Shown one piece after another: positions 51,901-62,648 of a stretch of DNA of 64,000 nucleotides; positions within the stretch are counted from its first letter, which is position 1, and each line of letters starts with the position of its first letter. The position numbers and the translations under genes are program-made. The notes under the pieces were generated by a model. It did not search any database. It saw nothing but the letters and a program-made list of their open reading frames with translations, and had not been told where the DNA came from. The stretch spans positions 2,091,402 through 2,155,401 of the forward strand of contig JBJCIZ010000744.1 of the NCBI GenBank assembly GCA_051294375.1, given 5' to 3'. The DNA comes from Paraspadella gotoi. Its lineage: Eukaryota; Animalia; Chaetognatha.

Positions 51901-53467
51901 CCTATCACGCATTGATGACTATGGCGAGAGTATGCGAGGATGAGACGAGGCAGGCGCGATTTCAGGCGACACCACGTCGCGTTTTCTTCTTCTCCGTGAA
52001 TGTGCTGCGGCGTCGAGAGGTGCGCGGTGCGGCGCGAAGAGAGAGAGGACGGAGAGACCATGGGTGCTGCTTGTCGGTTTCGAACTAGGATATTCAAACG
52101 AGGCTTACAGATCCCACGCCAAGAGGGCACCGACGAGTGGCTGGGTTCCCTGCGAGGGTAAACACGAGAGAGAGAGTGGGTCCTGGTGGAGAGAGAGAGA
52201 AGAGAGATGGAGAATGAGGAGTAGGCGGAGGCAGCGATATGAGAAGAGCTATTCTGGGAAGAGGGAGTATGTGGATTGAGAGAGATCCGTGAGATTTGGA
52301 GCTCCAGAGAGCAGAAGAGACAGAGGAGCAGAAGAGAGAGGAGAGGAGTGAGAGAGAGAGTGAGTTGGAAGTGGAAAGCAGAACCAACCACCACTCAAGC
52401 TAATGCGTTCTTGTTCTCCTCCGGTATCGAGGGATCTGGGTTATAACATGACTTTACCTCTCTGTCTCTCTCCCTCGCTCTCACTCAATCTCACTCTCTC
52501 TCAATCTCTCTCACACTCACTCTCTCTCGCTCTCACTTTCCTCGATTTTCCATCGCATTTGCGTCGGCGACTATCATTACCGGTTCTCTCTTTCTAATTC
52601 GCGACAGACTTAAAAAGGGCGGATGAAATAAGCGAGTCACCCAGTTTCTGTGTTCCTTCTGTTTCTGCCTTTCCTGTTTCGTTGTTTCTCTTGTTTCCTG
52701 TTTCCCTTAGTTATAGTTTTATGTTTTGTTTTTTTTCGCTTTTTTATGGTTTAGCTATTTCACAGTTCCTATTTTTATGTCTTACGGGTTCTGACTTGTT
52801 TCGTTATTTTGTTCCGTGTGTTTCTTTAGTTTGTTTTTTTTTTATAATTTTGCTGTTTTATCTGTTTTTTTTTTTTCGGTGTTCGCGAAAAATGCAAAAA
52901 ATGTTTTCTTGGACGATTTAATTACGTACGAAATATTTTTGAACATCTGGTTTTTGGCAATAAACATTAGACAAGACGGGATTTTAACTGCAAGCTCAAA
53001 GTTAAATCATATCGCTCAATAGTGATTCCACTTGATTTCATTACTATATTATTAGTACTTTAAGTTCTTTCTATGTCCCTAGTTAATTTATAACCGCAGT
53101 AACTCTTCAGGATTAATTTGAACGCAATCTACTTAGATACATTTCACCTTTTCATATCATACAGTAAATTACGCCCAGGTCCAATCTCTTTTATGTTCAT
53201 TGTTCATTGTTCTCCTACAAAATTCCTCTTCAACCCCCCCCAATTTTTTCCTCTGCAGCCACAACCCCACTCGAACAGTTTCCCCCCCCCCGCCCCTGTC
53301 CTCCTTAACCCAGCAAAGAACAGCCGCCCTTACCCCCCCCACCTCCCCCCCCTCCAACCCAACTTGCTTCTCGTTGAATATGTGATAAGCGTCGCGGCAG
53401 CAAAGTCCTCGTCGTAGAAACTGGATATGAGGCGGAAATATTTAATGATTTGGTTTCCTGGCTCCCA

Positions 53468-53504
<37 letters not shown>

Positions 53505-56500
53505 TCCTCTCTCTCTCTGTCAATTTCTTTCTTTCTCTTTCTCTGTTCATACCGTTCCTTTTTCTTCTCTCTATCTCTCACACACTTTCCTCTTTATTCC
53601 TCTCTTTTTTTTTTTATTCTCTTTCCTCCCTCCCTCTCTCTCTTATTCCTTCCTCTCTTATTCTCTCTTTATTCCTCTCTTTTTTTTTTATTCTCTTTCC
53701 CTCCCTCCCTCTCTCGTCGAAGGAGGTCAAGAGGTCATCTCCCGCGCCCGACGCCGACGACCGCCCCGCGGCGCCCGGCACACGCGGGCGCCCGCACCCG
53801 GCGCGATGAATATCCGGGGCCGGACGCAATCAAGTGTCTCAATGTTGTTGCGAGTCCGACGAAGGGGGGCGTGGGGGGGGAAAGAAGGAGGAGGAGGAGG
53901 AAGAGGGGGTCGAAGGGAGGAAACGGAGAGATGGGGAGAGTGAAGGTAAGGTGAGTCGGATTTTGCCGCGTGGAGCCAGAGAGAGATGGGATAAGAAAAG
54001 TTGCGATTGCGGGAGGAAAGTTGGAAAGTTTGGAAAGAGCTTAAAAGAGAAGAATGAATTTTCTAACTTGAATTCGTTTGTCGAATGGAGGCTGATGATT
54101 CGATATTGAAACAATTTGTGGGCGAAGATATGCTGACCTCCTAAATTGGTAAAGCGACGAAATGAAATAGTAAGGCGTTTCGCTCTTAAATAGTAAGGCG
54201 TTCCGCTTACTATTTATATTACATTCGTTTATTTTATCAAGAAACAAAGATCCAAGTTTGAAAAGAAAAAGCGACCGCTCTGAACTTCCATTCGCTCCGC
54301 TTAAATTAGGAATAGCAGCCTTTTTTTTAAGAGCAAGCCCTACGCTCTTGAGAGCGGGGGCCTACGCTTTTAAGAGCAAGGCGTCAGAGTGGGCAAATTT
54401 ACGCCGAGAACGGCTTAAAGCGATTTCGTGCGTACGAGAAGGTTTTTTTTTTATTTCCGTTGGGAAGGGAAGTTTTAAGAGGGAGATTTGTTAGGGATTA
54501 GGGTTCAACTTAAACCTGTCCTTTTCTTTTCTTTTTTGGTTTTTTAGTTTCTAAAGTTTGTTATTTTTATATAAAAAAAAAGCAAAGACTGTGAAAGACG
54601 AAGAGTATTACCGTCTCTACCGACGGTTGAAAATAATTAAATTTAAACTTAAATTACATTAAAATTAAAAGACAATTGAAAAGTCAAAAGGAAACTATAA
54701 TTATACCTATAATTTTCTAAAGTACAGACGCGTGTTGTTAATAAATCTTTTAAGTTTGAGTGAATTTGAAAATTAATTTCTGACAATGACGCGAAGAAAA
54801 CCGTTTGGTCTGTGTTTGACTCCAGACCTTCAACGATAACATTTCAAAAATCCGAAAAGTCTTCAACGTCCGGAAGTCAAGCATCAAGAAACGCTTGATA
54901 GCATTTGAAAATCTATTTAGTTTTGGCTTGTAAAATTAACCTGTCCTAAGACCTGAGACATGATAGCTTATTTATTTAATGAGCTTTATAGAGGTTGTAT
55001 TAATTTAAGTTATCTTTTATTTTGCTTTTTTTTGCTACTTAGAACCATTTTCCAAAAGTTCGATAGACTCTCTCTCGCGATTTCTATCGACAAATTTCAA
55101 TTGCTTAGTATTTTTGCAACAAGTTCTTTTTTCTGGATTTAAGTTAGTTTTGAGTTTCGACTAGTATTGTGTATTAACATCTTCATTTGATTTCTACTTC
55201 ATTGACTGCGAGGTCAGATACTCTGGGAGTTTAGTTTGAAAGCTTGTAGGGTTCTGCTATGATATTATTTTGCAAGCACTGATGAAGGCTCTAAGTGAAA
55301 GAGCCGAAACATGTCTGACTAAATTGTGTCAATTAAATAAAACTGTTTTTGTCCTAAGATTGAATAGAAACTTTTAGCACAAAGTCTGGGGCAGGATAGC
55401 TTATTTATTGATCAAAAAGTTAATTTTATATTGATTGTACACATAAGAGTCGCTAGCCGCGCACAACCCAGCCAAATAAAAAACACGGCTTGTTTCCCCC
55501 GCGCCTCTGGCGGCGAAATTTGTTCCCGACGTCTGACTCCGTCCATGCGTGACATTCGTAAACGCGACGAAGCGGAAAAGAGATTCGGCGCGAAATTTTT
55601 TTTTTTTTTTTTTGAATTTTCGTTTTTCAACTTTCTGTTTGAAATTTCCGAGAGTCAATTTTGAAATTGGGTCGAAAGTCGGTCCAGACTGTTTCGGGAG
55701 AATGATGGTCGAGACTGTTTTCGAGTATTACGATGATCTTGAATCTTGAATACTGACTTTGAATTAAGGAATATGGTCACTTTGGATTATATTATCCCTT
55801 TCAGAGTTCTTGGCTTCCATACTACTTCTTTTTTTCATTTTTCTGTTTTTCTGTTTCAGTTGGATAAAAAGCATATTACTTTATATGGATTAATGTATTT
55901 AATTTAATTATTTAATCGTTCAAAGATCATCGGAGAAATTTTACGCCGTGTTTAATGATATTCGTATTCAGCATATTTATGCATCAAGTACTTTGATTAT
56001 AATGAAACTGTATCGAATCGTCCTATTTTCGTATCAAATCATATTAAACAGTATCAAATTGTATCATTAAATATAAAATTGATTAAATTTTATCCCGTTC
56101 GCCGATCGGCGGAGAAGAGAAAGTTGAACGATCGACTCAAACATTCATGAGGATCACAAGATTCAGAAGAAAAGCTGCGCGATTTTTCGAGTTGAACCGA
56201 CTGATTATCAAATCGGTTTTCATGATGTAGAGAGAGAGGGAGAGGGAGGAGGAAAGAGAGAGAGAGAGAGAGAGCCCCGATCCAAATATGCAAATGAGAT
56301 CGAGGTGCCGCGGCGGGCCGAGGCGAGAAGCGGGCGGGAGAGATCACCCAAGCGAGAGGAACAGACGGTTTGCGTGGAAGTTTTCATCAGAGATGCGAAA
56401 GGGGAGTAGAGAGAGGGGGTTAGGAAGACGAGGTGGTTGAGCGAAAGGTGGTTTTCGGGTGGTTAAACGGATTTGGGGTGGTTGATAACTGAGATGAATG

Positions 56501-57199
56501 TAGCGGGGGAGATTGAGGACAGCAGGAGCGGAGATGGGAGCGAGATGGAGCAAAGATATAAAATTAAATTAAAAAAATGAAAATGAAAAAAAAAAGCTAA
56601 TTTAGCATAGATCGGATCAATGTCATAAAGAAAAAGTTATATTTATTGCAGCAAGTTAATTGTAAGGCGATGAGTCAGGATTAAGAATTGATGATAGTTA
56701 TTCACGAGTTCATTCGATATTTTGAGACCTCTGAGTTTGCGCGTTAATTTAAAAATAAATATTAAACATTAATGACTGGATGAAAATGTTTATTTTTAAT
56801 CTATTCTGTGGTTTGGATTTTCAACTGTTTATCAATTGCCATTGCGGTCGGTGTCCTCGCTTGTCGTCGGCGCTTCGCCTTCCAAGGAATTCCGCCTTTC
56901 GGATTTTTACTTTTTCGTGTCCCCGGTTTGTCTCATGATCCTTCAGGAAGTTGCCGCTTGTGTCGCGAGCAAGTTGGGACGAACTGCTGGCCGTCGACGT
57001 CGTCGTCGTCATCACCCTTATTGTCGTCGTTGTCATCTCCGTCGTCGTCGTCGTTGTCTTCGTTGTCGTCATCACCCTTATTGTCGTCGTTGTCATCTCC
57101 GTCGTCGTCGTCGTTGTCTTCGTTGTCGTCGTCCTCGTGGTCGTCGGGACAAATTAGGCGTTGGAATTTTCGATGCGTTGAGTCGGAAACTACGCAGAA

Positions 57200-57251
57200 G
57201 TCACGTGACTAACCTCGCCTGATCACGTGACTAACCTCGCCTGATCACGTG
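57200..57251. promoter_or_regulatory. 22-bp tandem repeat carrying three TCACGTG E-boxes, the first a perfect CLEAR/USF palindrome GTCACGTGAC; a further CACGTGA at 57414
   Basis: gtcacgtgactaacctcgcctgatcacgtgactaacctcgcctgatcacgtg, ~250-300 bp upstream of the candidate ATG at 57498. Confidence 0.6.
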
Positions 57252-57497
57252 GTCGCGATATCCGATTTCGCTCGCGACATTTTTAACGGATTTTTAAAAT
57301 ACGTTTGACAAGGGGAATTTGAATTGAAAATCTTATTGAGTAATACAGGCAGAGATGGTTTCGTGAATTAAAAAAAAAAAATCACAGATTCCGTGATATT
57401 AATGAGGATGTGACACGTGACTCGAAGTTCTTCCACCTCAACTTTCGTTCGAGCGAAAAAAAAAGTTTTGAATTCGAATCCGTCACGTTTTTTTTTA

Positions 57498-57709
57498 ATG
57501 GCGAGCGGGTGGCGGTGGGAGGGTGGCGATGGGAGGGTGGCGGTGGGAGAGCGGCATTGGGCGGGGGGCAGTGGAAGGGTGGAAGGTGCCGTCGGTTGGG
57601 TGGGAGCGGGTAGTGGGTCGTGGTGGGAAATGGTTCGTCGTTGGGGGAAAAGCCTCGGGCTGAGTGGATCCAATTTGATGGAGATAAAATTTTTCTCATG
57701 AACGTAACG
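57498..57709 (+). CDS. candidate exon 1 of the XKR fusion gene (Gly-rich N-terminus; indels in G runs)
   Basis: ATGGCGAGC..., GC-rich, ends ...GSNLMEIKF..., donor ACG|gtaaat; also present in copy 1 at 42815. Confidence 0.45.
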
Positions 57710-57856
57710 GTAAATTGATTATTACAGAATATTTCTCTTTCTCTCGAAAACGACGCATACGTAGAAAACGTATTTTTTAACAAACTATATTTTTAATAAA
57801 ACAAAAATTGGAATTTATATATCTTGCAAGTGTGATGGAGGCCTTAAACTACCGAA

Positions 57857-57932
57857 GCCTGACCAAAGTCAGGGACAAGATAGCTTATTTATTAAATGGA
57901 TGGATAATTTTTATATTGGTTGTACAATTTCA
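57857..57932 (+). repeat. member of a dispersed short repeat family (other copies near 54938, 55375, 60810, 62305 and their copy-1 equivalents)
   Basis: Consensus-like cctg.ccaaagtcagggg.aagatagcttatttatt...taattttatattggttgtac. Confidence 0.65.
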
Positions 57933-58008
57933 TATATATATATGTATATATAAACACCTCGAGACGTAATTTCCCTATCGCTTTTCATATCCTTAAACAC
58001 AACGACAG

Positions 58009-58093
58009 GCGAACACAACGACGACAACAACGTCGAGCTCTGGGGAAAAAAAAACCAGTTTACAGAATCCGATGCTGAAAACTTGTACGACGA
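58009..58093 (+). CDS. candidate exon 2 of the XKR fusion gene
   Basis: acgacag|GC...GA|gtgagt, phase 1 to 2, open: GEHNDDNNVELWGKKNQFTESDAENLYD. Confidence 0.55.
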
Positions 58094-58508
58094 GTGAGTC
58101 GAGAACTGAAAGACCAGTGCCACTGTCTTTCAGTCAGTTGTGGTTATTTTTTCTCTTGAAAATGTTTTCATTCGCTATAATTTACAAATACTTATATTGT
58201 TAATTAATGAATAATTGATATCAATATCAGTTATTGGTTATGGTTTGGCGTCGGCGTGTCCTGCTGACCAAATCAAATCTTTCCCCGCGAATGTTTTTCC
58301 ATTTTAACCTTAATTAAATTAAATTAATCAATTAATTAAATTAAAAAGTTTTTTAATTTAAAAATTAGGTTAAGGGTTTCGGATAGGGGCTAGATAAGGG
58401 AGTATGGTTAGGGGTTAGGTTAAGAATAGGGTATGGGATTATTATTTAAAACAAGGTTAAAATAATAAGGAACAGAATTAGGCCGCTTTTGGAAAAGAGA
58501 GCCCGAAA

Positions 58509-59644
58509 ATGAACTTTCAAATCATCGGATTCCTCGTCGCTTCTGCTTCTTATTTTTGGGACGTGCTCGTCGACTGCCTCGTCGCCCGGGAAATCCTCGC
58601 CAACACCTTTCGCGATGGATCGCCAGTCTTCCCCGCCGCCGCCGCCGCCGCAGCCGCAGACAACGCGACTCGCCTCACTCACCTCTTCTCTCGTTTCGTG
58701 TGGCGAACTTACCCGCCCGACTTCAACGCGCTCCATTTCGTCCTCACCTGCTTGTGGCTCGTCTCCGGCTGCCTTGTTCAATTTGCCCTCACCCTTCGCA
58801 AGCTTTGGCTTCGCCCGGACGCGGAGTTGGCGTTCCTTCCGCCGGCGTGGCGCGGCCTCATTCTCGTATCGTCCCTCTTCATGCTCGGACCCACGAGCCT
58901 CTACGCCTTCGGGATCGCGTCGCTGCTGGCGCTGCGGTCCACGGCAGCTTCCTCCGCGGCGGTGCACGCTCGAATCTCCGCCTTCGCCGCCTACTGCAAG
59001 ATGGGAGAGATCGTGGCCGAGAGCCTTCCGCAATTCCTCACCCAATTGCTGATGACGAGCGCCAAGGGAAACTCGGGTCTGCGGCAATTGACGACGTTGC
59101 AGATGGTTTCCGTCTGCGGCTCGGCGTTGACCATCGGTTCCGGCGTCGCTAATTTCGTCGTCGACGACCGGCGCCTCTTTCATCGGCGCCGCTACCGACT
59201 TCTCGCCAGCAAGACGGCGTTGTTGGCTTTCGTGGTGAGTGAGCTGGCCGTCTGCGGCGGCGTGGCTCGATTCTCTTTCGCCCTTACCCATCGAATCGGG
59301 GACAGCGTCTTACCCGGAGTCGCGCTGTTCTCTCTTCCCCTCCTCTTCGCCTCGACGGTGGCGACTCTCGTCCTGGCGCTGCGTGATCGACCGGAGACGG
59401 AATCCGAATCGAGCTCCGGAATGGCTCGTCGACGTGTGTTCGTCGTCTTCTGCGTCTTCAAGGTCGCCAACCTGCTCGTCCTCTGGCTCCTCTTCTTCCT
59501 CGACGGCTCCTTTTCCCGAGGAGTCGCCAAACTCTCCAGCAACAACAGCGTCGTCACTTTCTTTGCTACTTTGTTTTTCTCCTTTCCTCTCAGTTTCGTT
59601 TTAGGGTCGTCGTTGTTTTGGTGGGACGAATCCAGATGGAGCAG
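58509..59644 (+). CDS. XK-related (XKR/CED-8 family) scramblase domain exon; the acceptor is probably at 58470 or 58482
   Basis: YFWDVLVDCLVA (helix-1 DxxxD) and KMGEIVAESLPQFLTQL (ExxxESxPQxxxQL) family motifs, about 8 TM helices plus a re-entrant helix; ends at donor AG|gtgagg. Confidence 0.9.
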
Positions 59645-60082
59645 GTGAGGTTGGGGGGGAAGGGGTGGGGAGAAGGTGAGTTACTCAAGAGGAAACCAAA
59701 ATTGCTTTGTGTTTCGTGTTTCAGATTCGGACCACAACATTTCCTCTTTGTCCTTCTTCATGCATTTTATAAAATAAATTTATTTTCACTCGATTGACCC
59801 AAACTTATAAATTTTTAATTACTTACGATTCAAACCTCATTAATTTCTTTTAAATTAGACCCAAACCTAATTAATTTTTGTTTGATTATGACCATAACTT
59901 AATTATTTTTTTTTATTTGACCCAAACTTGAATGATTTTCATTTCATTATGACCCAAACGTAATTAACTTTACTTTGATTTCGAATTTTTAACCCGAACT
60001 TAATCAAATTAGCTGACCCAAAATGACCCAAACTGACCCAAACTGACCCAAAATGACCCAAACTCGACTCTCTCTCACCCAG

Positions 60083-60515
60083 GAGTCTCTACGACGTCTC
60101 CGAATATCTCTGGTCCGCCGCGGCTCGAGTCATCGAGGAACGGGACGACGGAAGAGAGAGAGAGAGAGACGAGACATCGCGAGAGCGAGAGGTCAGGAGA
60201 AAGAGAGAGGGAGACGCGGAGAAAGAGTTTCTCCCTGAATTGGATGGAGACAGAGACGACGACAACGACGACAACGACCTACATTGGCGCAATCCCGGGC
60301 GTCACTTCACGCCACCGTCTGGTCTTCCTCGTCTCGACGCGCGCCAAAGACGAACCGGATTAGCGTTCGCCGTCGCCGTCGTCGTCGTCGTCGCCTTCGT
60401 CTTCGCCGTTGGCGTGACGTTGGCGCCGATCTCCGTGGCGCAGGTCGGCTACGAGCTCAAGTACGAGTCGTGCGATTCGGACGCTCGACTTCCGCTGGTG
60501 GCGCAGAAGAGGGAG
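60083..60515 (+). CDS. fusion gene exon: charged cytoplasmic linker, type II TM helix, start of SRCR
   Basis: ctcacccag| phase 2 matches the XKR exon; 433 nt open: SLYDVSEYLW...ELDGD...RQRRTGLAFAVAVVVVVAFVFAVGVTLAPI...QKRE|gtacgg. Confidence 0.85.
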
Positions 60516-60970
60516 GTACGGACGTGTCGAAAAAAGTTTCAGTACGCACATAATGATTATCATTAGGCAAATTTCGTATTTTTTTTATTAATTGAAGAAC
60601 TTTCAATTAAAAGTTTTGAACGTAAGAATAAATAATATCTTAAGTAATTGTTAATCGAAATGAATTCAATTTATTCAATTCAAAAAGTTGAAATAATATG
60701 ATATCACGTGAATGATAGTGAAGCCAGGTCCTTTGGAAGTGACTAAATTACAGACTGGGAGAGAGTCTTGATTGAAAGCTCGCAAAGTCCTGCTATGTCA
60801 GAGGGATAGAGGCCTGTCCAAAGTCAAGGGTAAGTGAGCTTGTTTATTGAATAAATGATTAATTTTTATATTAGTCATAATCAAAATTAGTTCATTTTAT
60901 GCGTTTAACAATTTTTAGATAGGATTTTAAATTTTTCTTTTATTTTTATTTTTTTAATTTTTTTGCTTTT

Positions 60971-61041
<71 letters not shown>

Positions 61042-61112
61042 CTCTCTACTTATCTCCCTTTATCTTTCCCGCTTTCTCCCACCCTCATCAAACTCCCCCC
61101 TCTCTCCCCAAG

Positions 61113-61400
61113 GGACCCTGGGGATCGATCTGCGTGGAGGGTCTCGAGCCGACTCAGGTGAAGAGGATCGTCCGCGTGATCCTGCGTCAATTGGGGGCAG
61201 AGGATCGACGCCATTGCGGTTTCGCCAAGCGGCCGGACGTGGCCCTCGCCTCTCCGCCTTTTCTTCGTCCGCTCTGCCTCGGGGACGAGGAGAGCCTGAG
61301 CGATTGTAAGCAGTTCGGGCTGGGAATCGGGCTGCCCTTCGAGTGTGCCCGCTCGGCCAAGAGGCTCCACCTCGTCGCCGACTGTTTGACTCACGAGGAG
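61113..61400 (+). CDS. fusion gene exon: SRCR (scavenger receptor cysteine-rich) domain
   Basis: ccccaag|...GAG|gtgagt, 288 nt, phase 0; GPWGSIC...VILRQLG...CLGDEESLSDC...C...C are SRCR signatures. Confidence 0.87.
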
Positions 61401-61847
61401 GTGAGTTGTTTGGGTTGGATGTCGTCTTCGTTGTCGTTTGTCGTCCCCACGGTTCCTTCCTTTGATATCACTTTTTTTAAAAACTGTCACAAATTTCAAT
61501 CAAAAATCACTTATTTCATTCGCGAAATATGAAATAAATTTTCAAAATATTATTCATTATTTCCTGACGTCGACTTCAACATTAAAACTCCTCAAAGCAT
61601 TTTCTTCATTTCTTCACATTCACTCGGATTTTTTTTTTTTTTTTTACTTTGACAAAATTTTTACCGACGTTAATCATTTTTAATGCAACAAATTATAACT
61701 TGCTTTCTTAAATGTTCGCTAAATCAATTCACTCTCTCGAATTCTCACAAAATGTCAACAACCTCTTCCATTTTAACAATTTTTTCACAAAAACAACATC
61801 GGATTTCCAGGAATCACAAGTTTTCCCTTACGCCCCCCCCCACTTAG

Positions 61848-62168
61848 ATCTCCTTCGCCGCGGTCGAGGCGCCGCTGGACCGAAACGGCGCCGCCGACGC
61901 CTGCGCCGCTCGGGGCGGTCACGCGGCGACGCTGAGCACGCCGGGCAAGACGGCGGAGGTCCTGTCTCGGTTGCGCCTGCGTGAAGATTCCTTGTACCGC
62001 GTGGGGCTGAGGGAGGGACCGAGAAGAGGCGGTTGGCAGTGGGAGGACGGATCGAGGTTGGGTCCGGACGATCCCGCGTGGGCGAGAGGAGAACCGGATA
62101 GAAGAGAGACTGAAGACGATGACGGCCTCATCGACGTCGACGGACGACTCCACGACGAAGGGGCACAG
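61848..62168 (+). CDS. fusion gene exon: C-type lectin-like domain 1
   Basis: cttag|...CAG|gtaatg, 321 nt, phase 0; AADACAARGGHAATL...YRVGL...WQWEDGS...WARGEPD. Confidence 0.87.
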
Positions 62169-62437
62169 GTAATGGGGGAAAAGGGTCCTTATTTTCCGAA
62201 TCGACCCTATTTCAGATTAAATTTAAAGGTAAGTTAGTTTTTAGGTTTAAATAAAGTTAATAAATTAGAGTGAGTGAAGGTCTTGAATGCCGTAACCCAC
62301 CATAAACTTTGTAAAGTCAGGGGCAAAATAGCTTGTTTAATGAGAGAATGATTGATTCTATATCGGTTGTCCTAATTTCTCAATAGTATTTGACTAATTG
62401 TCAATTTTATTACTACAAATTCATTTCTTCTCTAAAG

Positions 62438-62648
62438 GCGAAATACGGCGTCGTCTGCGAAATACCTGCGCCCACGAATCCGGCGTCGCTCGACGCCGGC
62501 GATCTCTTCCTCCACGCCGGCCGGACGCGGTTCCACGGCGCGGCGTCGTCGACGAGCAACTCGACGAGCGCCGCTGGCCTCTGCCGGCGTCTCGGTGCGG
62601 AGCTCTTCGCTCCGAGTTCGGCGTTGGAGGCGGCGGTGGCGGGCGACG
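62438..62648 (+). CDS. fusion gene exon: end of CTLD1 (VVCE) and start of CTLD2; runs into the gap
   Basis: ctaaag| phase 0; AKYGVVCEIP...AAGLCRRLGAELFAP. Confidence 0.82.

Noticed and set aside
56095-56145. bHLH-like (RRR)EKLNDRL
   Set aside because: It needs a frameshift, has no following helix-loop-helix, and differs between the two copies.
58509-59648. Stand-alone single-exon XKR gene ending at TGA 59648
   Set aside because: The stop overlaps a good donor (AG|gtgagg) and the next exon continues in matching phase; kept only as a possible short isoform.
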